A stretch of 64,000 bases of DNA from Octopus sinensis (GCF_006345805.1 NC_043007.1:22630001-22694000), one strand, 5' to 3'; numbered from the stretch's first letter, positions 50,853 through 63,360 are shown. Numbers and translations are program-made. Notes: generated by a model not told the origin, from the sequence alone.

Positions 50853-52654
50853 GATGAACTTCTTTCAGTTTCCATCTACCAAATCCACTCAAGGCTTTGG
50901 TCAGCCTGAAACTATAGTAGAAGACACTTGCCCAAGGTGCCACACAGAGGGACTGAACCTGGAACCATGTGGTTGGGAAGAGAAGCTGACCTGCACTAAA
51001 CAACGACATCACTTGTTTTTATCCTTTCTTTACTATTTTATCGAGGAAGGGGACATTAACTTGGATTAACTCCTCACAGCAAAATATGGTTTCTAATTTC
51101 CTAGTTTTGTTATATCTTGGATAACTTTTGCCATGAAATGATTTTATATTGTCTGCTACAGAAATACAAAAGACAATCTTGTTTTTTTTTTTGAGTAACT
51201 TCTACAAAACAATACTTACTTCTATTGATAAATGTTATTAAAGTGTTGTCACAAAGTTAGGGGTGAGAGAGAAGATGGTCCTCTCCAGGTGACACTTTTA
51301 TGGTGGAGTGGCACTTTTGTGTCTGTTTTTATGGAAGAAGCACTTTTGAGGTGAGGAAGATGTGGAAAACTCAAGGGCTGCCTCATGTGGGACCTAATCT
51401 AGCTACATCACAGGTAAAGTAAAATCTTACGAAGGTTTTACAGGTCAAAATCAATCCAAACCTGAAAGCAATTCACACAACTTTTTTACCCCTCCCCTCA
51501 TCTCTGTAGTTCTACTCACAAAATCTGTGCCAACATTCTTGGCATTTCTCTTTTTCTGTTTTTTTTTCTTATAATTAAAGAAAATTCTATTTGTAATTAA
51601 AGCAAATTAAACAAACTGGTAAAGGGTGGTGCTAGTAGTGTGGTGGTGGTGGTAGCAGTAATGATGTCAATGGTGGTTTAGTGATAGAGGCTGTATTACT
51701 AGTAGTGGCAGCGCTGCTAGAGAGGCTTGTGAAGATGGCATGTTGGGATGGGTACTGATGCAGGTAAAGTAGGGTTACTGTAGTAGTAGTAGTAGTAGTA
51801 GTATTATTGGTAGTGGTGATATTGGTGGCAGCAGCAATAGAGGGGGTAGTGGTGATGACAATCATGGTAGTATAGGTGGTTGTGGCGATGGTGGTGATGG
51901 TAATAGTGGTAGCAGTGATGGTAGTAGTGTGTAGTGGTGATGGTAGAAGCATGTGTTTAGCCCCATGAATAGGCCTATGATCAAAGGTATTCCAATCATG
52001 ACAATCCTGTCTTTTTAGAGGTATAACTAAGACTAGGTTATCTGAGGTGTTCTTTCCTTTCCTAAGATAGCAGAGCGAGTTTGTGGAAGTTTTGGCTGTT
52101 ATTTCTAGCAGGATGAGTGGTAGTCTTAATCAGTTGCCTAATACCTTTTATTTTTTTATCTTTTAATTGTTTCAGTCATGGCCATGCTGGGGCACCACCT
52201 TGAAGAATTTTAGTCAAATGGGTCAACCCCAGTACAAATTAAAAAAAAAAATCTAGTACTTTATCAGTATCTCTTGTTGAACCACTAAGTTATGAGGATG
52301 TAAATACATCAACACTGTTGTCAAGTGGTGGTGAGAGAGAGAAAGATACACACACACACACAAACATATATATGACAAGCTTCTTTCAGTTTCCGTCTGC
52401 CAAATCCATTCACAAGGCTTTGGTTGGCTCAAGGCTATAGAAGAAGACACTTGCCCAAAGTGCCACGCAGTGGGACTGAACCTGGAACCATGTGGTTGGG
52501 AAGCAAGCTACTTACCACACATCTACACCAGCACCTTTAATAAATCTACCCCTTTGTAAGTACTTATGCCAAATGTCAAGAGGAAACCTCCCTTTAGCTC
52601 TCTCTCTCTCTCTCTCCCTTGCACTTGTCACAGAAGCCCTGTAAAAGGTCACAG

Positions 52655-53045
52655 GCACCACTGGATTAACCATTAAGCAAAATAAGCATGTGTTTAGAGC
52701 ATCAAGGGCAGGAGGGGCACCACAGAAATGGTAAATAGCTTACGGCACAAAAGAAATCACTTTAAACTTGTTAAAATAATATTCGGGATGCCTTTATCTC
52801 TACTAAGTATAGACGCAGATGTGTTACCCAAGATTAATTTTGAGGATTTGATCAAAGACTTTGCAATTCAAAAAAGTAGAAGGAAACTTTTCAAATATAA
52901 ATAAAGTGGAAGTATACAAAACTAAACATTATTTTCCCTCTTGCTGTTTTGTTCGTTTTGAAAAATAAGAATTTATTTCATGGTTTGTTAATATTTATAT
53001 TTTGAATTACATAATCTTTTATGGGGGCACCAAAATCTTTTAAGT
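52655..53045 (+). mobile_element. Non-autonomous hAT remnant with a dimerisation-domain fragment
   Basis: LSLLSIDADVLPKINFEDLIKDFAIQKSRRK at about 52790-52904 resembles hAT C-termini; boundaries uncertain. Confidence 0.55.
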
Positions 53046-53069
53046 GTTTAGGGTGTTGATGCTAATGTT

Positions 53070-53460
53070 CTATGATGATGTTGGCATTGATGGCTGGGCG
53101 TTAATGTCAAAGATGTTTGTGTTGATGGAAATGTTGACATTGATGAGGGTGATATTGGCACTGATGAGGGTGATGTTGATGGAGATGTTGGCATTGATGA
53201 TGGTGATGTTGGCGTTGATGAGGATGATGTTGATGGAGATGTTGGCATTGATGATGGTGATGTTGGCACCAATGAGGGTGATGCTGGCGCCGATGAGGGT
53301 GACGTTGGCGCCGATTATGGTGACGTTGGCGTCGATGATGGTGATGTTGGCGTCGATGACGGTGATGTTGGCGTCGATGATAGTGATCTTGGCATCGATG
53401 ATGGTCATCTTGGCGTCGATGAGGGTGATGTTGGTATTGATGGTAATGTTGATGCTAGTG
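53070..53460. repeat. 21-bp minisatellite (gatgatggtgatgttggcgtc-like)
   Basis: 7-residue periodicity in ORFs 53044..53583 and 53070..53408. Confidence 0.9.
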
Positions 53461-53949
53461 CTAATGTTGATGGCAACGGTGCCGATTGCTGATGTTTGTG
53501 GCGGTGCTGATGCTGTTGAAGCTTTTGGTGGAGGTGTACAATTGTCTACTAACTATGATAGAAGGCAAATAAGTGAGGTATAACAGTTGAACAATACAGA
53601 TGGTAGCTAGATGAACGATAACGAGGATGATACCATTGACAAGCTTTAATAACACATTGGTGGTAAGGTTAACAATCCTTATGATGATGATGGATTTATG
53701 GTGCTTATAATTCTTGGTCTAACATATTTAGTCAGACTAATATCTCTGCCTTCTCCTTCATTTTTTTTCTTCCACTCAAAAAGATTGGGTTTCATTTTGT
53801 TTTTGAAAACTTTGGGTGCTGCCCCCCACTTCGTCTTCCATCCACGACTCCAACCGCAAAACGTCAAGCAACATCACTGCCATGTCTATCATTTTCACGT
53901 CTTTTCAAGTAGTTGTGCAGTTTTACAAACCATTCAACTTCACCATCAC

Positions 53950-54262
53950 CCTGTGTGCATGTACACAGCTTCACTCACATGCACACAACTGCACACACAT
54001 GCACACACAGGAACATAACTGCACACACATGCACACACACACAACTGCACACACAGAAACATAACTGCACTCACACACACACACACACAAGTGCACTCAT
54101 ATGCACATACATACACAGGAACATAACTGCACACACACATGTGCACTCATATGCACACACACACACACAACTGCACACACAGGAACATAACTGCACTCAC
54201 ACACACACACAAGTGCACCTGCATGCACACGTGTCCACACACACAAGCACATGCACACATGC
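53950..54262. repeat. CA-rich minisatellite (cacacaggaacataactgcac units)
   Basis: Read directly. Confidence 0.85.
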
Positions 54263-54282
54263 ATACGCATAAATAATGTGAG

Positions 54283-54857
54283 TCATCTCTTACTCCACCC
54301 TGGTGTAAAGATGAGCAGAAGGGGAGGGAGGGAGGGAGAGAGAGAGAAAGAGACGAAGGAGAGAAAAGGGGGGAGAGAGGAATGTGAGACTGAGGAGAGA
54401 GGAGAGGGAGAAGAAAAGGGGAGAGGAGAGGAGGAAGGAGGAGAGAAAAGGTGATGAGAGGACAGAGACGAGGGAATGTGAGAGATGAGAGGGAGAGAGA
54501 AAAGGGGGGAGAGAGAGGGAAAAGAAGACAAAGGTGAGAGAGGAGAGGGAGAGAAAAGGGGGGAGAGACGGGAGGAAGAGGGAGGAGAGAAAAGGTGAGA
54601 GAGAGAATGGTGAGAGAGGAGAGGGAGAGAAAAGGGGGGAGAGAGAGGGAAGGAGAGAAAAGGTGAGAGAGAGGAATGGTGAGAGAGGAGAGGGAGAGAA
54701 AAGGGGGGAGAGAGAGGGAAGAAGAGAAAAGGTGAGAGAGGAGGGGAAGGAGAAAGGGGAGAGAGAGGGAAGGAGAGAAAAGGTGAGAGAGAGGAATGGT
54801 GAGAGAGGAGAGGGAGAGAGTGAGAAGATAAAAATCAGCCAGACATGGAACACCCAT
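54283..54857. repeat. Purine-rich GA minisatellite block, duplicated in shorter form at 56045-56252
   Basis: Both blocks share flanks tcatctcttactccaccctggtgtaaagatgagcagaagggg and aaaatcagccagacatggaacacccat. Confidence 0.9.
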
Positions 54858-56179
54858 GTTTTAAACCCCTACGCCACCACCACAACCACACATCTACCCT
54901 CCCATTCATTCGGAGTCCCACCACCCCTCTCCAAACACACACACACACACACATACCTATATGCACTGACAGAATCCAGACGGAGCTGTGTTGAAATGAA
55001 GAACTCAACTGCCTGCTGCAGCATGCAATGGACTCTTCTCCAGTTCAGCAAACAACGAGGACGGATTCCACAGGATTTTGGCAATTCCGTTCAGCAATTC
55101 CAGTTACAGCAGTAACAGGCTGGCAGTGGGTAGGAAGAGATTATTAGCAGAGATTGCAGAGATTAAGCAACCCCCCCTACACACACACAGACACACACAC
55201 ACGTATACATAAGGTGAAGGCCACAACTTTCTCTCTCTCTCACACACACCTAAAAGATACACAGAAGGACGGATGAAGAAATATTCAAAAGGAAATATAA
55301 AACTGTTTTCCCAGTTGAAAGCACTAATGAAATCTGATGCTAATTGCACTCTTTTAGATTTACCCATGTTCCCTAATTCCATCTTCCTCAACAGACCTGC
55401 AGTACAAGTCGTTTTGGCACAGCCATTTCGGTGCTTACGATTAGGTGCTGCTGAGTCAATGCTGACTTATTTGACATCAGACTTTTTAATATTTCTCTCA
55501 TTCTCTCCTGCTCTCTCTCTGTTTATGTAAACATTCATTTATGACTGTAACATCTCTCTCTCTCTCTCTCTCTCACTCACTCACACACACACACGCAAAC
55601 ACACACATATACACACACACACACATATACACACACACACTCACTCACATACACACACACACTCACATACACGCACACACTCACACACACACACACACAC
55701 ACTCACACACACTCACTCACACACACATGCACACACAATGTGCTAGTGTATATTTCTGCACATACACATGTGTGTGTGAGCCAGTGCCAAAACATATTGC
55801 TGCTAAAACAGGCTGAATATCCAGATAGCAGTGCTAAACAGCAAATTTCTTAGTCATTATATGCAACAGAAGCAGTAGTAGATTAAAACAGACATTTATG
55901 TATCATACTGAATGTAAATACTTTGTGAAAAGTAAAATTTACTGCAGTATTCGTCTGGAGACAGTATCTCCTATGGATATAGTGTTTAAAAATGAAATAC
56001 GTATATATAAGAAGTATTGGTGCCACACAAAAAAGCACCAATACTCATCTCTTACTCCACCCTGGTGTAAAGATGAGCAGAAGGGGAGGGAGAGAGAGAA
56101 AGAGAGGAAGGAGAGAAAAGGGGGGGGATAGAGGGAAGGAGAGAAAAGGCAAGAGAGAGGAATGGTAAGAGAGGAGAGG

Positions 56180-56225
<46 letters not shown>

Positions 56226-56456
56226 AAAATCAGCCAGACATGGAACACCCATATTTTAAACCACATACTGTATTGTGGTTGGCGTTAGGAAGGGCATCAG
56301 GCTGTAGAAACCAAGTCAAAAGAGATTATGGAATCTGGTGCAGCTCCTGGTATCAAACCGACCAACTCAATGCCAGCATGGAAAACGAACGTTAAATGAG
56401 GACGATGATGGTGATGATGGAGGAGACGGAACTTGTCCCAGCAGGGTGAATGGGAA

Positions 56457-56740
56457 TGTAGTGATGCTACTGTGGAAGTTTCAGCGCGCATGCGCATGAG
56501 GGAACTTCCGGCGGCCTACCGGAAGTAATCCAATTCTGCGCATGCGCGCTGAAACTTCCACAGTAGCGTCACTACATGGCTCCCCTTCGAGTGCGTGTCC
56601 AAGAGGTAAGAGTGCGACGCATATTTGGCCAGAAAAAACGAACAGTGATAAGCTTAAGGGTAGCAGCGATGCCAGGATGTGATAAGGAGTGCAGTGCCTC
56701 AAACATTGAGCGTCGATGCTTCCACAGTAGCGTCACTACA
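56457..56740. mobile_element. TGT..ACA-terminated palindromic element with a 4-bp TSD (Ginger-like MITE candidate)
   Basis: 40-bp inverted arms at 56457-56496 and 56537-56576 (1 mismatch); third 22-bp terminal copy at 56719-56740; GGAA at 56453-56456 and 56741-56744. Confidence 0.6.
56486..56547. promoter_or_regulatory. Paired NRF1-type (GCGCATGCGC) and ETS-type (CCGGAAGT) motifs
   Basis: GCGCATGCGC at 56486-56495 and 56538-56547; ACTTCCGG at 56504-56511; CCGGAAGT at 56519-56526. Function not shown. Confidence 0.35.
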
Positions 56741-57359
56741 GGAACGTTAGATGCATTTCAGCTTCATTAGGTGTTATCAATAAAGTGTGCTCACTACCAA
56801 TATGTTCAGATGAAATCCATCACCACAGGTACACATGGAAACAATGAAGACCAATCACTGGTGTTGCTGGCAACCGCCCTGCTCAATAAAAAAAATCCAT
56901 CGACATAAGCAGTACAAGATATCTAGATATATTTACATTAAGTATGATACACAAATGACTTTTTGAATTCTTTATCCTTATTAGTACCTATTTCTTTATT
57001 GCCCACAAGGGGCTAAACACAGAGAGGACAAACAAGAACTGACAAACGGATAAAGTAGATTATTATTATCATTCGTTTGGTTATGTTGCCTCTTAAAGGA
57101 TCTTAACGAAATTAACATTGGGAATATAAGCAAAAGGCGACCCTCTTCATGATTACTACCATCAGAGGGACGGTCACCTCTCATTTTCAATCAATCTAGT
57201 CCAAAACTATTTCCACAAACAACAAAATTACATACAATAAGATTATTGGCGGCTGGTTGATAGAGTCAAATAAAATGCCTTACGATATCTGGTTATGGGC
57301 CTTCACGTGTTACGTTCAAATGCTACCAAGATCAACACAACTTTTTAATACTTCTAGAA

Positions 57360-57479
57360 TAGCCATGGGCAAAATGCAACTCATGGGGCTTACAGAATGG
57401 CACGCCTAGCGAAAAGTTACCTTGAATTTTTTTTTAGTAAAGTGACTCGCCTGATGCGAAAGAAGGTTGCCCATGCCTG
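57360..57479. mobile_element. Small hAT (Charlie-like) MITE
   Basis: tagccatgggcaa / ttgcccatgcctg termini; TCTAGA on both flanks. Confidence 0.5.
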
Positions 57480-57548
57480 TCTAGAGGGTCAATAAAATAA
57501 AGTATCAGCCAATAAAATAAAGCATCCGCAGTGGGTCGATTTAATATC

Positions 57549-58133
57549 TATTTCTTTATTATCCACAAGGGGTTAAACATAGAGGGGACAAACAAGGACA
57601 GACAAACGGATTAAGTCGATTATATCGACCCCAGTGCATAACTGGTACTTAATTTATCGACCCCAAAAGAATGAAAGGCAAAGTCGACCTCGGCGGAATT
57701 TGAACTCAGAACGTAGCAGCAGACGAAATACCTATTTCTTTACACTACCCACAAGGGGTTAAACACAGAGGGGACAAACAAGGACAAACGGAATAAGTCG
57801 ATTACATCGACCCCAGTGCGTAACTGGTACTTAATTTATCGACCCCGAAAGGATGAAAGGCAAAGTCGACCTCGGCGGAATTTGAACTCAGAACGTAACG
57901 GCAGACGAAATACCTATTTCTTTACTACCCACAAGGGGTTAAATACAGAGGGGACAAACGGATTAAGTCGATTACATCGACCCCAGTGCGTAACTGGTAC
58001 TTATTTAATCGACCCCGAAAGGATGAAAGGCAAAGTCGACCTCATGGGATTTGAACTCAGAACGTAACGACAGACGAAATACGGCTACGCATTTCGCCCG
58101 GCGTGCTAACGGTTCTGCCAGCTCGCCGCCCTA
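57549..58133 (-). mobile_element. SINE family B trimer, CpG-intact
   Basis: Junctions at 57731/57732 and 57913/57914; single 16-bp TSD gggtcgatttaatatc at 57533-57548 and 58134-58149. Confidence 0.92.
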
Positions 58134-58792
58134 GGGTCGATTTAATATCATTCCTATGAATCATCCTGGATGTTGTCAATAGAATTATATAATTACAAAA
58201 CAGTCAAAACATGGTCGTCGTTACCATCGTGGCTATTTCCACCACATCTACACGTCCCTATGTTAACCATACCACCACCAAGACAACCGTTAGATCAGAG
58301 ATGTTATCATCACCGATCATTACAACACATCTCTGTCCTTCCCGTTACCATCCGCACCAAACATCGCTTTCTTTCCCTTTACAAATACTACAGATGGTCG
58401 TTAAGTTGAATATAAAACGAAACACACCACGTCTGATTATTGCTACAAGTTGAGTGTAGATGTGTACAAGAGAGAGAGAGAGAGGGAGGATGCATAAATC
58501 CATCCCCATTTCTCTTCCTCTATAAACATGCACCTTCACTCCCATACACACACACAGACTCCTCCACCCACTCAGGCCCACTAACACACATTCCACCAAA
58601 CCTATGTACACAACCGACTCACCCACTTTCCCATTAATTCCACCACCACCACCACCACCACCTATCCAGTCCTTCAAACTCCTTCACCCTCCGACTAACA
58701 TACACGTAGAACCCACCTAACCCTTACATATAGCCAAGCTTCCATTCTTCTTACAAACACACACACACACAACGTACACATAAATATAAAAC

Positions 58793-58823
<31 letters not shown>

Positions 58824-58954
58824 AGTAAAAAAATGTATGTGCATAACTCTTTTCACGTGTACTAATCCCACTACAGCCACGACAACTGAAATATAAAGCT
58901 GATCAAACATAATGAAGTAAAACCAGTTGGGAAAGTTTCTTTTATGGCATCGTT

Positions 58955-59030
58955 ACTCCTGATCATGACGACGACGGCGGCGGCGCAGACTGAGACAACG
59001 TGTCTTGGACAGTAAACTGGGCGATTATTA
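58955..59030 (-). promoter_or_regulatory. GC/CpG-rich patch, possible promoter or 5' UTR
   Basis: gacgacgacggcggcggcgcag in otherwise AT-rich, non-repeat sequence; no splice donor confirmed. Confidence 0.2.
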
Positions 59031-59364
59031 TAGAGAAAAACAACAAAGACACCATTTAATAGGATGTTTTTCTTTTCCTTATTCTTTTTTTTTCCATTAG
59101 AAAACAGGATTGGCAATAGAGCAGCCGAAGCAACAACCAAAAATCACTATAACAACAACAACAACAACAACAGTGGCAATAATAAACTTGACTGGATAAT
59201 TTATATTTACTGTTGTATTGGCTGTAAGGCCAAATTTTGCTGTAGTGTTATTGCTAGTAAACCCATCGATCGTCACCAACATCATCGATATTCTCATTAT
59301 CAATTATTATGACTGAGAACTGACCTATAGAAGTATAAAACCCACGAGCGTCATTCCAAGACCG

Positions 59365-59758
59365 GGACCTTTTCCGTTTGAACGGCAGTTTTTTAAAATA
59401 ATTTCCACGTAACTAAACACTTTTAAACTTCGTATACTGGTAGAATGTGTTTATAAAACATCTTGTTTTTTTTTGTTTTTTTGAGAAAATTCTATAGTTT
59501 GTAAGATATTTGTTGTTTTTTCTTCAATTTCTGCAATTTCAACCAATCAATGACGTCTATTGAGTTGAAAACATTCTGTGCCGTATGAATATGTCCCTCG
59601 TTTAAGAAACAGATTAGGTTTATTTACATTTGTGAAGAAAAAAAGATACCCTTCCCCCCAACTCTAACCCTAAAACAGATTGAAATACAACAGATCGATA
59701 TGGGTGACAATTTCATATGACACCGCTAGAAAAACTGCCGTTGAAACCGAAAAGATCT
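59365..59758. mobile_element. MITE with GG..CC termini and an 8-bp TSD (Merlin/hAT/P-type)
   Basis: TIR gga(c)cttttccgtttgaacggcagtttt; flanks caagaccg and caagactg. Confidence 0.8.
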
Positions 59759-59867
59759 CAAGACTGTGATGGAGGATGCGACTGCTGATGATAAAATGGA
59801 ATATTGAGCAGCCTTCATTGTGCCGGGCTCAAGTAGAAGTTGCAGACGATAAATAATGGGCCTTTAG

Positions 59868-60087
59868 GGCGGCGAGCTGGCAGAAACGTTAGCACACCGA
59901 GCGAAATGCGTAGCCGTATTTCGTTCTGAGTTCAAATTCCGCCGAGGTTGACTTTGCCTTTCATCCTTTGTGGGTCGATAAATTAAGTACCAGTTACGCA
60001 CAGGGGTCGATGTAATCGACTTAATTCGTGTGTCTGTCCTTGTTTGTCCTCTCTGTGTTTAGACCCTTGTGGGTAGTAAAGAAATAG
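59868..60087 (+). mobile_element. SINE family B monomer
   Basis: 19-bp TSD gataaataatgggccttta. Another monomer at about 60273-60505 (-). Confidence 0.88.
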
Positions 60088-61972
60088 ATAAATAATGGGC
60101 CTTTATAGCACTCCATCCATTTCCGTACAAGTTGAAACACCAAGACAATTTCTAATATCTGTGTCTTATTTTCTAGCATAATATCTACAAGACAGAGTTA
60201 TTCAGTGTATTCTATATGTTTTTAAAACGCGAAGTTTCCTATTCAACCTCCTAGACAACAACCGAAATGTACCTATTTCTTTACTACCCACAAGGGGCTA
60301 AACACAGAGAAGACAAACAAGGACTGACAAACGGATGAAGTCGATTATATCGACCCCAGTGCGTAACTGGTACTTATTTAATCGACCCCGAAAGGATGAA
60401 AGGCAAAGTCGACCTGGGCGAAATTTGAACTCAGAACGTAACGGCAGACGAAATACGGCTACTCATTTCGCCCGGCGTGCTAACGTTTCTGCCAGCTCGC
60501 CGCTAACACTGTACCTTTAGCGTTATGCTCTCCCCATACCACCTTCATCATTGTTTCTTCACATCACACTCGTACTTTCTACTCATTGACCTTCCTGGTC
60601 ACCATTTTCTTCTTTTCACACACCTTTACCATTGAAAGAACGGAGGTAACGTAGTCTTGCAGCAAAGTAACAGCCCTTTCGGTGTTATGACTAACACCAG
60701 AACACTTGCCTTTCCCCTATAAAACTAAAGAGTATTTTATCGGGGCACTAACATTACTATGGTAAAATGCTCCTTGTGCATTCTACATGAAGTGGCTGGT
60801 AAACGAACAGAGACAGTGGAGAGAGGACTCAGTAATCTTGCCAAGTGCATGACAACTTCTCCAGAAGCGATTCCATGGTAAAATGCACCAAGTAGTTGGT
60901 GTTAGGAAGGGCACCCAACCTTAGAAACCCTGGAAACTTTGGAACATACGAGTGACACGTGTTCCGGATCTTCTAAGATAGTAGTAACTCCAAATGGGAA
61001 CTGACTAGGATGGTGACGAATTTACTCCAGTACAGGACTGGTATTTTATTTATCGATCTCAAAAGGATCAAGAGCGAAGTTGATCTTGGTTAGATAGGCG
61101 TTCAATGTGTGGAAAACCGGAACGATTGCCGTAAAACAATCTATCCGACGCTCTAACGACTGAAAGATCAACCGCTTAAGCACCAATCGCCCCCTGCCAA
61201 TATAGTTGCTCCTAAATAGTTATTTAGTGGTCTAATTTCTCTTAAATTTTGTACTATCTTTAAAAGAGGAAGTATATGTGTACTTTATGATCGGATGCTC
61301 AATTAAAATGGGATGGTTTTACAGGCAACTGAATTGTATGGCGAAAAATCAAGCGTTTCCACTGTAGCAACTATGGCGTTCTTGATCACTAGTTTACTTC
61401 TATGTAAATAGATTTGAATACAAGGCCTTTAACTCTTTGCTTGTCCTGCTTACGATACACATTTCTTTCAACCACCAGAGTAAACCAAAGATCAAATAGC
61501 CGTAAACCAAAGGTCAAAATGTAAGATTTCAAATTATTGAGATGGAGGAATTGCTGTTTAGATCTGGTTTCATAGCATTAAGCCAACGAGACAGCTCTCT
61601 CCTCTATCTCCCGGATAACGTTACGAGATCGTCTATCCCTGTTAGCTAAGGGAACCGGGGTTGAATTAGAATTGACGTTCAAATACACAATGAAATGCCT
61701 GCAGTGGATTTGAATACAAGACCTTTAACTCTTTGCTTGGCCTGTGATACAGAGGACATATCTCCCAGGCGTCCATTCATACATCATATACGATACACAT
61801 TATCAATTTCTTTCAACCACCAGAGTAACTTGGGACTTATGAAAGGAGAGCTACGTATCACTAAGAGTGTATGAAACAAGGGCTACGTACAAGTCTGGAG
61901 AGAAGCTTGGACGTTTAGGACAAGCTTACGAAATAAGAGTTATAATTCAACATGAACTTTAAAAAAAGAGCC

Positions 61973-62382
61973 GGATCTTTTCGGTTTGACCGGCAGTTTT
62001 TTAAAATAATTTCCACGTAACTAAACACTTTTAAACTTCGTATACTGGTAGAATGTGTTTATAAAACATCTTTTTCTCTTGGCTTTATTGAGAAAATTCT
62101 ATAGTTTGCAGAAATTGAAGAAAAAACCCAACAAATATCTTACAATTCAACCAATCAATGACGTCCATTTGGGGTGAAAACATTCTGTGCCGTATGAATA
62201 TGTCCCTCGTTTAAGAAACAGATTGGGTTTATTTACATTTCTGAAGAAAAAAAGATACCCTTCCCCCCACCCTAACTGTAAAACAGATTGAAATGCAATA
62301 GATCGATACTAGGGTCATAATTACGGGTGACAATTTCATATGATACCGTTAGAAAAAACTGCCGTTCAAACCGAAAAGATCC
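61973..62382. mobile_element. Second copy of the GG..CC MITE
   Basis: TIR ggatcttttcggtttga / tcaaaccgaaaagatcc; exact 8-bp TSD aaagagcc at 61965-61972 and 62383-62390. Confidence 0.88.
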
Positions 62383-63360
62383 AAAGAGCCTTTATATTCC
62401 GCATGATACTCCTCACACATCAAACATTGGAATACAAGACGTGCAGCCTGAGCTCTGTCCACAATGAAAATTAGGATATTTTGACAAACAGATTAATAAA
62501 TATGATAAAACGATAAGTCGAGGACAGTAGGTCTATTTAAAAAATGTCTGAGACGAGACTACACCCTATTATCTAACAAATGTTTATTCCCAATCTACTT
62601 TAATTAGAATTACATGTGACCTAATTCATCTTACCAGCTCAAACTGAACCAATGAGAGCTTAACTTGCTAGAAATATCAAGCAAATCTCTTGTTGTATAC
62701 GTTCTACCGTCTTAAAAAAAAAGAGAAAGATTTGATAGTACTGTCTAAAATACACTATATTTGAGATAAAAAAAAAACACGATGGTGATGGATGGAATGC
62801 TTTGATCTAGAGCTTGCTCGACCAGTGCCGACTCGGGGTTTAACAACAACTAATACCAATATACTGAAATAACAGTAGATAAGTAGCGCTGTTTCTTGAA
62901 TGAAACGGGGGCGGGAATGCTTGCCAGATAATGAACGGACTTTCAGACAGATGGTGATCATACATTTGAGAGAGGTTCTTCGGTAGGGCTGCACGGAGTT
63001 ACACATCTATACAGAAATAGTTCACACTCATTTTAAATACAAACATATGTTAAGAAAATAAAATAAAAAATTTGGTGCTGGAGAAAGAAGGGCTATCACT
63101 TTTTTTCTTTTAACCAATTCTTTCTCTCCCACCAAACACTGTTTACAATTTTATAAGAAAAAATAAAGTACATTTCCATCTGTTGTTCTCTTTAAGTGTT
63201 TCGAGGGTCGTGAGTTCGATAAAAGATTACATCCGTGGAAATTGGCTAAGTTAAGAATGATTAATAACACCAGACAAGTGGAAACTGAATCCCTAGATAC
63301 GAGGCCAGAATCACGAGCAAACCACCATAGTTTTACGTGATCGGTCTATTAACTGACCAA

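Noticed and set aside
56576-56605. Plus-strand mini-exon ATG...GAG|gtaaga (MAPLRVRVQE)
   Set aside because: It lies inside the TGT..ACA element, and I found no downstream plus-strand exons to join it to.
58871-59140. ORF containing MIRSNDAIKETFPTG as the PTP first exon
   Set aside because: No convincing phase-0 donor and no similarity to PEST-family N-termini.
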